In this document: positions 55,993 to 64,000 of the stretch, in pieces
How the letters are laid out: every line of letters starts with the position of its first letter
Position numbering within the stretch: position 1 is the stretch's first letter
Origin: Lutibacter sp.
GTDB taxonomy: Bacteria; Bacteroidota; Bacteroidia; Flavobacteriales; Flavobacteriaceae
NCBI RefSeq assembly: GCF_046055765.1
Contig: NZ_JASFZF010000040.1
Span: 16,536-80,535 of the forward strand
Direction of reading: 5' to 3'
DNA length: 64,000 bases
The notes under the pieces: model-generated
The model's database searches: none
Told to the model about the DNA's origin: nothing
What the model saw: the letters and a program-made list of their open reading frames with translations, nothing else
Position numbers and translations under genes: made by a program

Positions 55993-56262
55993 ATGGTTGT
56001 AGGATTAGCAAAGACAATAGCATATTTTATTATTATTTATTATGCTTTTAAGTTTATAGGAAAGTATATTATGCCGTTGTTTTTAAAAAGCGTGGTTAAA
56101 AATGTTGAGAAGAAAATGAGAGAGCAACAAGAAAATCAATACAAACAGGAATCTGGTAATATAGGTGAAACAGTGATTGCTAAGAAGCCAGAAGGGACTA
56201 AAGAAAGTAATAAAAATGTGGGTGATTATGTAGATTATGAAGAAGTAAAAGATGATAAATAA
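55993..56262 (+). CDS. DUF4834-like small membrane protein
   Basis: One N-terminal TM helix, a charged linker, and a C-terminal GDYVDYEEVKD. The family was recalled from memory. Confidence 0.45.
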   Translation: MVVGLAKTIAYFIIIYYAFKFIGKYIMPLFLKSVVKNVEKKMREQQENQYKQESGNIGETVIAKKPEGTKESNKNVGDYVDYEEVKDDK

Positions 56263-58683
56263 ATGAAATTTACATTCAAAGAGATAGCACCATATATAGT
56301 AGCGATTTTTATTTTTGCTTTTGTTGCAGTAGCTTATTTTTCGCCTGTTTTACAAGGAAAGAAAATTAAACAAAGTGATATTACTCAATTTATTGGTTCT
56401 TCAAAAGAAATTAAAGATTTTAGAAATGAAAATAATGAAGAACCCTATTGGACAAATACTTCTTTTGGAGGAATGCCTTCTTATGCTGTAAGTACGTATT
56501 ATCCAAATGATTTTATTAAAAAAGTTGATAAAATACTACGCTTCTTACCACATCCAGCAGATTATTTATTTTTGTATTTTTTTAGCTTTTTTGTACTTTT
56601 ATTAGTTTTAAAAGTTAATTGGAAACTAGCAATAGTTGGTTCTTTAGGTTTTGGATTATCAACGTATTTAATTATAATTTTAGGTGTGGGTCATAATGCA
56701 AAAGCACATGCAATTGCTTATATGCCACTTGTTTTAGCAGGAATTTTATTAGTTTTTCAACAAAAGTATTTATTTGGCTTTGTTGTAACTGCACTTGCAA
56801 TGTCATTGGAAATAAGTGCAAGCCATATTCAAATGACCTATTATTTGATGTTTTTAGTGCTAATTTTTGGAATTGTTCAATTAATGGAATCATTAAAAAA
56901 TAAAGAAATTCCTCATTTTGCTAAAAGTGTAGGGATTTTAGTAGTTGCTGTGATTTTAGCAATTGGAACAAACGCAACTAGTTTGCTTGCCATGAAGGAG
57001 TATTCTGAGCAAAGCACACGCAGTAAAAGCGAATTAACCATTAATCCTGATGGTTCATCCAAAGAAGCTACTGCAGGTTTATCCAAAGATTATATTACTG
57101 AATACAGTTATGGAAAAGTTGAAACTTTTAACCTGTTTATTCCACGATTTATGGGGGGGGGAAATTATGAAAATCTAGGTTTAGAATCAAATATTTATAA
57201 TTTTTTAAATGGTAAAATAAACCCCAAACAAGTTAAACAGTTTGTAGAAAATGCACCAATGTACTGGGGTAAACAACCTATTGTTGCTGCACCAGCTTAT
57301 ATTGGGGCAATATTTATGTTTTTATTTGTATTGGGTATATTTTTGTTAAAAGGTAATTTAAAAAAATGGTTAGTAGGTGCAGTTATTTTTTCAATTCTTT
57401 TAAGTTGGGGTGAAAATTTAGAGTTGTTGACAAACTTGTTTATTGATTACGTTCCAATGTATAATAAATTTAGAGCTGTTTCATCTATTCAAGTGATTGC
57501 AGAATTGGCAATTCCATTAATGGGAATACTTACTTTAAAAGAATTCTTTTCGGCAAATAAAACTTCGGAAGTTAAGCTAAAAGCATTAAAATATTCAATA
57601 TATGTTGTAGGTGGATTTGCATTAATATTTACATTATTTGGCTCAAGTCTTTTTGCTTTTGAAGGAATTAGTGATGATTATTATGATAAAATACTACCAG
57701 GTTTTTTAAATGCTATTATTGAAGATAGAAAAGAAATTTTCTTTACAGATAGTTTAAGAACATTGTTATTAGTTAGTATATCTGGAGGTGTTTTGTGGCT
57801 GTTTATTAAAGAAAAATTATCTAAAAATAGTGCAATTTTAGTTTTGGGATGCTTGATTTTATTTGATTTAGTTTTAGTAGATAAGAGATATGTTAATAAT
57901 AAAGATTTTTTTAGCGCTAGAAAAATTGACAAACCATTTATAGCTTCAGAAATTGATAAAGAAATTTTAAAAGATAAGGGCATTTATCGTGTTGCAAATT
58001 TCACCAAAAACATAATGTCAGATGGAGCAACATCTTATTTTCATAAGTCTATTGGAGGTTATCACGCTGCAAAACCTAGACGTTACCAAGAACTATATAA
58101 TTTTCAAATAGCTAAAAATAATATTGAAATATTGAATATGTTAAATACAAAATATTTCATTTTTGAAGATGGAAATCAGCGTACTGCTTTACAGCAAAAT
58201 CCCAATGCTAATGGGAATAGTTGGTTTGTAAATACATTAAAAATTGTAAATAATGCAAATGAAGAAATTGTAGCTTTAGATAGTTTAAATACTAAAAAAG
58301 AAGCTATTATAAATTCAAAGCAAATTAAAAACGACTTTAATACTAATTATGGAACTGATTCAACTGCTAGCATTCAGTTAACAGCATACAAAGCAAATAA
58401 ACTAGTTTATAAATCGGAAACAATAAAAGATCAGTTTGCAGTGTTTTCTGAAATGTACTATAAAAATGGGTGGAACGCTTATGTTGATGGTGAATTAAAA
58501 CCGCATTTTAGAGTTGATTATGTTTTACGTGGAATGGAAATTCCCAAAGGTGAGCATATTATAGAATTTAAATTTGATCCAATAGTAATAAAAAAAGGAA
58601 ATAGTATAACCTTAATTTCTTATGCCTTTTTATTGATGATACCTTTAGGTTGGTTTTTTATTGAAAGAAGAAAAATTAAATAG
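56263..58683 (+). CDS. YfhO family polytopic membrane protein (GT-C-like glycosyltransferase)
   Basis: 806 aa with more than 10 N-terminal TM helices, a soluble C-terminal domain and a final TM helix. The start abuts the DUF4834 stop. Confidence 0.7.
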   Translation: MKFTFKEIAPYIVAIFIFAFVAVAYFSPVLQGKKIKQSDITQFIGSSKEIKDFRNENNEEPYWTNTSFGGMPSYAVSTYYPNDFIKKVDKILRFLPHPADYLFLYFFSFFVLLLVLKVNWKLAIVGSLGFGLSTYLIIILGVGHNAKAHAIAYMPLVLAGILLVFQQKYLFGFVVTALAMSLEISASHIQMTYYLMFLVLIFGIVQLMESLKNKEIPHFAKSVGILVVAVILAIGTNATSLLAMKEYSEQSTRSKSELTINPDGSSKEATAGLSKDYITEYSYGKVETFNLFIPRFMGGGNYENLGLESNIYNFLNGKINPKQVKQFVENAPMYWGKQPIVAAPAYIGAIFMFLFVLGIFLLKGNLKKWLVGAVIFSILLSWGENLELLTNLFIDYVPMYNKFRAVSSIQVIAELAIPLMGILTLKEFFSANKTSEVKLKALKYSIYVVGGFALIFTLFGSSLFAFEGISDDYYDKILPGFLNAIIEDRKEIFFTDSLRTLLLVSISGGVLWLFIKEKLSKNSAILVLGCLILFDLVLVDKRYVNNKDFFSARKIDKPFIASEIDKEILKDKGIYRVANFTKNIMSDGATSYFHKSIGGYHAAKPRRYQELYNFQIAKNNIEILNMLNTKYFIFEDGNQRTALQQNPNANGNSWFVNTLKIVNNANEEIVALDSLNTKKEAIINSKQIKNDFNTNYGTDSTASIQLTAYKANKLVYKSETIKDQFAVFSEMYYKNGWNAYVDGELKPHFRVDYVLRGMEIPKGEHIIEFKFDPIVIKKGNSITLISYAFLLMIPLGWFFIERRKIK
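57153..57161 (+). repeat. G9 homopolymeric tract inside yfhO
   Basis: Read directly as ...cgatttatgggggggggaaattat..., coding ATG GGG GGG GGA. Confidence 0.95.
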
Positions 58684-59428
58684 AATAATTCATTAATTTT
58701 AATACGCGCAAAAAACTTGTTTTATTTCTTGATGAAACTAGTAGTTTTTTCTTGTTAGTAAGTGTTATTTCACCAGTATTATTAAATTGAATAATATGTT
58801 TTAAATTAAGTAATAAAGAACGGTGTATTCTAAAAAAAGTAGCATGTTTTAATATATTTTCAACCGATTTTAAATTATTAGAAGTTGTATATACTTTATT
58901 GTCTTTTGTATGAAAATGGGTATAGCTTCCATCAGCTTCACAATAAATAACATCATCAATGTCTATAATACAAAAATCACCATTACTCATGGGTAGAGAA
59001 ATTTTTTTCTGCCTGTTTTCAAGTTGATTTTTAAATGCGAGATATTTTTCTGTATCAAAAGCTGTTTGTTTTGATAAGAATTTATTGAGTACAGTTATTA
59101 GTTGCTCTTTTAAAATAGGTTTATTTAGATAGTAAAAGGCAAAATAATCCATGGCTTTTTCTTTATAATCTTTTAACCCTGTCGTAAAAATTACTTCAAA
59201 TTTTGAAGAAAATGAAAAGAAATCTAATATTTCAAAGCCATTGCCATCTACTAATTCTATATCTAAAAAAATTAATTGTGGATTTATTTCTTTTATCAAT
59301 TGAATTCCTTTTTCTACACTAGTTTCGTGACCTAAAATGGCTATTTGAGTACTAAAACTAGTTTCTAAAATATTTTTTAAATGCGTATATGCTGCAATTT
59401 CATCTTCAATAATTAAGGCTCTAACCAT
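58676..59428 (-). CDS. LytTR family response regulator
   Basis: Receiver domain (ALIIEDE...FLDIEL) plus a C-terminal LytTR DNA-binding domain (FFRIHRSLLLNL). Confidence 0.88.
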   Translation of the reverse strand: MVRALIIEDEIAAYTHLKNILETSFSTQIAILGHETSVEKGIQLIKEINPQLIFLDIELVDGNGFEILDFFSFSSKFEVIFTTGLKDYKEKAMDYFAFYYLNKPILKEQLITVLNKFLSKQTAFDTEKYLAFKNQLENRQKKISLPMSNGDFCIIDIDDVIYCEADGSYTHFHTKDNKVYTTSNNLKSVENILKHATFFRIHRSLLLNLKHIIQFNNTGEITLTNKKKLLVSSRNKTSFLRVLKLMNYSI

Positions 59429-59437
59429 ACAAATATT

Positions 59438-62368
59438 TTAAAAACTAATTAATGGAATTTTCAAAGTTACTTTTAAGCCTACTAAATTATCAAATTCATC
59501 TGTTAAATTTGAGATAAAAATCAATTTTTCTTCATCTTTGGATTCATTTATTAAACGAAGACGCTCATTAATGTTTGAAAATGAGATTCCATAATTATTA
59601 GATTTAGGGATGCCTTGAATATTTTGAATTCCAATTCCATTATCTGAAATTTCACAAATAAGGAATTCATCATTTTCAATTTTAAAATCTACACTAATAG
59701 TATTGGTTTTGTTTCCATTTTTAAAACCATGTTTAAAACAGTTTTCTATAATTGGTTGTAAAATCATTGGAGGAACAAAAATACTCTCTAAATCAGATGA
59801 AATTTGAACTGTATTTATGATGTACGTAGTATTTTTATTAAATCTCAATTTTTGAAGTTCTAAATATAATTTAGTCATTCTAATTTCCTCATCTAAATTG
59901 ATGAGGTTTGATTTTGTAGCATCTAAAATTAAATTTACAAGTTCGGCAAATTTATTAAGACTTTCACGTACTTCTTTTACTTCCCCTTTATCAACCAAGC
60001 TATTGATATTTACTAATAAATTATTTATAAAATGCGGATTCATTTGTGCATTTAAAGCTTGATAACGTAAATTTGATATTTGTTCTTTTGTTTTTCTTTT
60101 CTGTTGAATTTTTGAATTTCTACGATTGATAAAGTAGGTTGCTAATGCAATGAGAACAAGTATAATTAAAGTTCTAAACCACCAAGTTTTATAAATAGGA
60201 GGATTTATTGTGAAAGTAAATGAAACTGGGTCGCTTTCTAAGTCGTTTTTAGAGATTGCTTTAAGTTCAAATGTATAGTTGTTAGGCCTTAATGATGAAA
60301 ACCTTACTGTATTTGTTTTAGATGTAATCCAATCATTCTCTAGCCCTTTTAAACGGTATTTAAATGTAATATTTCCTAAACTTCTAAATGATATTCCTGA
60401 AAAGTTAAACTGAAAATAATTGAAGCGATGACTAAATTGCTGGTTGTTAGCTATATCAATTTTTTTATTATTTATAAGAATAGAATTGATATGAACTGTT
60501 GGTGGTAAAATGGGATTTAACTTATTAGTAAGATCAATAATATTTAGCCCTTTTGAAGTTGCTACATACACCTTATTTTCATCAACGTAAGAAGCTCTAA
60601 CGTCATTACTATACAACCCGTCTGAAGTTGTATAACTTTTAATTGAAATAATTTTATTTGAAGAATTTAACTCAACGCAATTCAAGCCAAAATTAGTAGA
60701 AAGCCAAATGTTATTATTTTTATCTACAAAAATAGATTTAATATAATTACTTAATAAGCCATTATTTGTTGAAATTATTTTAAATACTCCTTTTTTTAAA
60801 ATACCTAAACCATAAGAGTTTGACCCAATTAATAAACCTTTTTTAGAGTTTTCAATGGCATAAATAATACTACTGTTAAACAATTCACCTAAGTTATATT
60901 TTTTAGCAGTTTTTTTATTGTATTTATAAAGTCCAGAAGTTGTTCCAATCCATAAGTTTTCAATACTATCCATATAAATAGCTGTACTTCTTTTGTCCCA
61001 TATTTTTTTAGACGTATTTTTTGTTTTATCTATTTTTCCTATACCATTGCTGTTTGCTGTATACACATAATTTTCTGAAATAAAAATATCTTTAAAATTA
61101 TTTAAATAAATTTTTTTTAAATCAGAGTTATAAGATATGGAATTTTCAATATCAAATTTTGAATTTAAAGTATAAATATTAATATCACTTAGAATATACA
61201 ATAAATTATTATGGACTTTTAATTGCCGTATTCTTTTGGGGTTTTTGTTTAGTTTTAGAGAAGATATTATTTCTAAATTTTCTTTATTTAAAATAAAAAT
61301 TTCACTTTGACCATTTCCAAGAACTAACTTATTTTGAAATTCATTTACGGTAAATAGATTGTTTTGAGTTTTATCTTCAAATTGAATTCCGTTAATATTA
61401 AGGTTTGGGAAAAGGTAAATTCCATTAGATTGGCTGCCTATCCAAATATTTTTTTCAAAATCAACAAAAGCCCTAGTCGTTTGTGTTAAAGGAAGTATAT
61501 TTTTAGTTTTAAGCTTATTTTTTAGATTTATGATTAACGCTCCTTTATTTAGATTTGTAATAAGAAATGAATCTTCAAAAGGAGTAGTTCTGTAAAGTAG
61601 ATTGTTTGAGTTTTTATAGGCATAGTTTTTGAAAATTTCTTTAGAAATTTTCATAGAAACACTATCAAGATTTTTAAAAGCTTCAGTTTTTTTATTTCGT
61701 AGTTTTAAAATAGTACTATTATCATAAAGGTTAAGGTTGAGATTCGTCCAATTAAGATTAGTAATAGATGAACTAAAAATTTTATTACTATTTTCATTTT
61801 CTGAAATAGATTTTAAAATTCGTATTTCACCATTAATATTTTCTACAATTTGTAATTGTTTTGAACTGTTTCTTTGATAAAGACTTTTTATATTAAAACT
61901 AGTAATTTGATTGTTTATATCTAACCTTTTCAAGGTTTTTAAAGATTGTAAAAACCAAATATTATTTTTACTATCCTCAAATATATCTGAAATAAAGTTT
62001 TCAAATATTAAGTCGTTAAGTAAATCAGAGTTTTCTGAGTTATAAATTTTTTGGTGTTGAATATAGCCCATCTTACCATTAAATCCTATCAACCAAATTC
62101 TGTTTTTTGAGTCTTTAAATAGTTGCAAAATTTCATTGTCAGGCAACCCATCAGCAATTGTATAATTTTTAAATGAAAGACCATCATATCTACTTAAACC
62201 ATAATCAGTTGCTATCCAAATGAACCCATTTTCATCCTGATTAATATCGTAAACAGTATTACTAGGTAATCCATTATTACTATTAAACTGTGTAAAACCG
62301 GGTATTTGAGCTTGTAAAGTAGTTTGAAATATTAAACAAATAATAATAAGATGAAAAAATCGGTACAT
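59438..62368 (-). CDS. sensor histidine kinase with periplasmic beta-propeller repeats and Y_Y_Y domain, LytS-type kinase core
   Basis: Signal peptide, then many (I/L)W(I/L)(G/A)T..GL propeller motifs. Y_Y_Y-like FKYRLKGLENDW...YTFELKA, one TM helix, NPHFINN (His_kinase) and ISDNGIGI (HATPase). Confidence 0.85.
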   Translation of the reverse strand: MYRFFHLIIICLIFQTTLQAQIPGFTQFNSNNGLPSNTVYDINQDENGFIWIATDYGLSRYDGLSFKNYTIADGLPDNEILQLFKDSKNRIWLIGFNGKMGYIQHQKIYNSENSDLLNDLIFENFISDIFEDSKNNIWFLQSLKTLKRLDINNQITSFNIKSLYQRNSSKQLQIVENINGEIRILKSISENENSNKIFSSSITNLNWTNLNLNLYDNSTILKLRNKKTEAFKNLDSVSMKISKEIFKNYAYKNSNNLLYRTTPFEDSFLITNLNKGALIINLKNKLKTKNILPLTQTTRAFVDFEKNIWIGSQSNGIYLFPNLNINGIQFEDKTQNNLFTVNEFQNKLVLGNGQSEIFILNKENLEIISSLKLNKNPKRIRQLKVHNNLLYILSDINIYTLNSKFDIENSISYNSDLKKIYLNNFKDIFISENYVYTANSNGIGKIDKTKNTSKKIWDKRSTAIYMDSIENLWIGTTSGLYKYNKKTAKKYNLGELFNSSIIYAIENSKKGLLIGSNSYGLGILKKGVFKIISTNNGLLSNYIKSIFVDKNNNIWLSTNFGLNCVELNSSNKIISIKSYTTSDGLYSNDVRASYVDENKVYVATSKGLNIIDLTNKLNPILPPTVHINSILINNKKIDIANNQQFSHRFNYFQFNFSGISFRSLGNITFKYRLKGLENDWITSKTNTVRFSSLRPNNYTFELKAISKNDLESDPVSFTFTINPPIYKTWWFRTLIILVLIALATYFINRRNSKIQQKRKTKEQISNLRYQALNAQMNPHFINNLLVNINSLVDKGEVKEVRESLNKFAELVNLILDATKSNLINLDEEIRMTKLYLELQKLRFNKNTTYIINTVQISSDLESIFVPPMILQPIIENCFKHGFKNGNKTNTISVDFKIENDEFLICEISDNGIGIQNIQGIPKSNNYGISFSNINERLRLINESKDEEKLIFISNLTDEFDNLVGLKVTLKIPLISF

Positions 62369-62388
62369 TAAATATTAATATTAAGAAT

Positions 62389-62396
62389 CAAATATA
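62389..62396 (-). promoter_or_regulatory. candidate -7 box (TATATTTG on minus strand) for the kinase-regulator pair
   Basis: CAAATATA on the + strand, 20 nt upstream of ATG 62368. Confidence 0.45.
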
Positions 62397-62655
62397 GCGC
62401 TTATGAATTAAAAAAAGACTTTTATATGTTAAATGTGTACGTTTATAAATATGAATTTTTAATTATTACTATATGATTGTACATTCGCTTTTGTGAACTC
62501 AAAATAAGAGGGAAATTTTTTGATAAAGATAAAATAAGCTATGAAAATGAAAAAAGGTCTTTGTATTAAGCCCTTTTTTTTATGAAATTTATGTAACACT
62601 TTTTGTAATAAAATCAATATCTTGCCAACTAATTACAGCCTTAATTAATTGATTA

Positions 62656-63171
62656 ATGTACAATACGTTACCTCATAAAAGATATAGACATACCTTAGAT
62701 TTCTTAAAAAAAGTGTTGCCTGCTCCTGCAACTATTTTAGATTTAGGAGTTAGAAACCCTTTTAGTGAAATTATGGAACAGAACGGGTATATAGTTTATA
62801 ACACTTTAGGTGAAGATTTAGACTTAGTTCCTGAAATAGTTAAAAAACATACTATAGATGCTGTTACTGCATTTGAAATTTTTGAACATTTGGTTTCTCC
62901 ATTTAATGTTTTAAATGCTATTGAAAGTAAAAAAATTATAGCTACCGTACCTCTTAACTTGTGGTTTTCTAAAGCTTATAGAAGTAAGATTGATATGTGG
63001 GATAGACATTATCATGAATTTGAAGATTGGCAATTTGATTGGTTATTTGAAAAATCAGGGTGGAATATTAAAAAGAAAGCTAAATGGACAAGTCCAATTG
63101 ATAAAATTGGTTTTAGACCTATTTTGCGAAAGTTTACACCGCGCTACTATGCAATTTATGCTGAAAAATAA
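62656..63171 (+). CDS. small class I SAM-dependent methyltransferase-like protein
   Basis: Motif-I-like ILDLGVRNP and post-I acidic residue pattern; 171 aa. The call is weak. Confidence 0.45.
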   Translation: MYNTLPHKRYRHTLDFLKKVLPAPATILDLGVRNPFSEIMEQNGYIVYNTLGEDLDLVPEIVKKHTIDAVTAFEIFEHLVSPFNVLNAIESKKIIATVPLNLWFSKAYRSKIDMWDRHYHEFEDWQFDWLFEKSGWNIKKKAKWTSPIDKIGFRPILRKFTPRYYAIYAEK

Positions 63172-63176
63172 ATAAC

Positions 63177-64000
63177 ATGCGAATAGGAATGATTTTAGAC
63201 AAAACGTTTCCACCTGATCCGAGGGTTGAAAACGAAGCTATTTCATTGATTGAAAACGGTCATGAAGTATTTTTATTTTGTTTAAAATATGATAAAGAAA
63301 AAGACCATGAAGTTTTAAAAGAAATTCAAGTAAAAAGGTACAAATCAAATAAATTGATTTATAAATTGTCGGCGTTAGTTTACACAATTCCATTTTATTC
63401 AATGGTAATGTCGAAAAAAATTAATCATTTTTTGATTCATCATAACATAGAAATTATACATATTCATGATATTCAAATAACTGAAGCTGTTTTAAGAGCA
63501 AATAAAAAATTAAAACTTAAAATTGTTTTAGATTTACATGAAAACAGACCAGAAATAATGAAATTTTATCCTCATTTACAAAAATTTCCTGGGAAGTATT
63601 TAATTTCAGCAAACAAGTGGAAACAAAAAGAAGAAACTTTTATTAGTACTGCAACTAAAGTAATTGTAGTGACTGAAGAGTCAAAAAATGAAATTGCGAA
63701 AAGAACAAATAAAAAGTCAGAAAGAATTATTGTTGTTCCAAACACCGTTCATAAATCTTATTATAAAAATGCACAAATTCAAAATAATATAATTGAAAAT
63801 TATAAAGATAATTTTGTGCTATTATATCTAGGTGATACCGGATTAAGGAGAGGACTACAAACTGCCATTGCTTCTATAAATAATTTAAAGGATAAAATTT
63901 CAAACATTAAGTTAGTTATTGTTGGAAGTAATTCATCTGATTCAATTTTAAAATTGCAGGTTAAAAATTTAGGAATTGAGCATTTTGTAGATTTTGTAGG
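63177..64000 (+). CDS. GT4 family glycosyltransferase, N-terminal part (runs off the right edge)
   Basis: Own translation from ATG 63177: MRIGMILDKTFPPDPRVENEAISLIENGHEVFLFCLKY...IIHIHD...VIVVTEESK...FVLLYLGD. It is open to the window end and not in the ORF track. Confidence 0.7.
   Translation, partial: MRIGMILDKTFPPDPRVENEAISLIENGHEVFLFCLKYDKEKDHEVLKEIQVKRYKSNKLIYKLSALVYTIPFYSMVMSKKINHFLIHHNIEIIHIHDIQITEAVLRANKKLKLKIVLDLHENRPEIMKFYPHLQKFPGKYLISANKWKQKEETFISTATKVIVVTEESKNEIAKRTNKKSERIIVVPNTVHKSYYKNAQIQNNIIENYKDNFVLLYLGDTGLRRGLQTAIASINNLKDKISNIKLVIVGSNSSDSILKLQVKNLGIEHFVDFV

Noticed and set aside
62541-62592. Mini-ORF ATGAAAATGAAAAAAGGTCTTTGTATTAAGCCCTTTTTTTTATGA (14 codons including the stop) with a possible A/T-rich hairpin, in the kinase/methyltransferase spacer
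   Set aside because: The stem is almost purely A-T (AAAAAAGG/CCTTTTTT). There is no promoter motif and no conservation evidence available.
1-64000. Search for rRNA, tRNA, tmRNA, CRISPR repeats, IS elements, integrases, phage genes and defence/toxin-antitoxin modules
   Set aside because: I saw no tandem 25-40 nt repeat-spacer pattern, no tRNA-like GC-rich cloverleaf segment in any intergenic spacer, and no transposase, integrase or recombinase-like ORF. The window reads as syntenic core genome.

Overview
AT-rich DNA (about 30% G+C by eye, not computed) that reads as core chromosome of a member of the Flavobacteriia (Bacteroidota). All product calls come from motifs I could read in the translations; no database search was possible. 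The window is densely packed with housekeeping genes: pyrB/pyrR, aroE, rsfS-ftsH-cdsA-psd, birA, pyrE, topB, lpxD, hutHU, ddl-coaD, rluD, dnaK and rsmE. It also carries Bacteroidota-typical DUF families (DUF349, DUF368, DUF4159, DUF4834, DUF1853, DUF2853). TAnnTTTG -7 promoter boxes sit mostly 20-27 nt upstream of start codons. I annotate 62 protein-coding genes (two cut by the window edges), one decayed pseudogene, 6 hairpin terminators, 17 candidate promoter/operator sites and one homopolymer repeat. I found no rRNA, tRNA, CRISPR array, transposase, integrase, phage gene or recognisable defence/toxin module. I therefore cannot point to a self-evident novel system. The items most worth a second look are: (1) a G9 homopolymer inside the membrane glycosyltransferase-like gene yfhO, the only long G/C run in the window, with stop codons in both slipped frames; (2) an L-serine dehydratase remnant upstream of dnaK; (3) hutHU divergent from a LysR regulator, with an AGTTAT-N11-ATAACT box covering both -7 boxes; (4) tandem DUF368 (polyprenyl-phosphate translocase family) paralogues; (5) a Tat-exported two-subunit molybdoenzyme of unknown substrate with its own XdhC/MocA maturation genes; (6) a four-subunit 2-oxoacid:ferredoxin oxidoreductase with flanking direct repeats at its promoter; (7) a gap-free six-gene envelope/lipid-flavoured operon.
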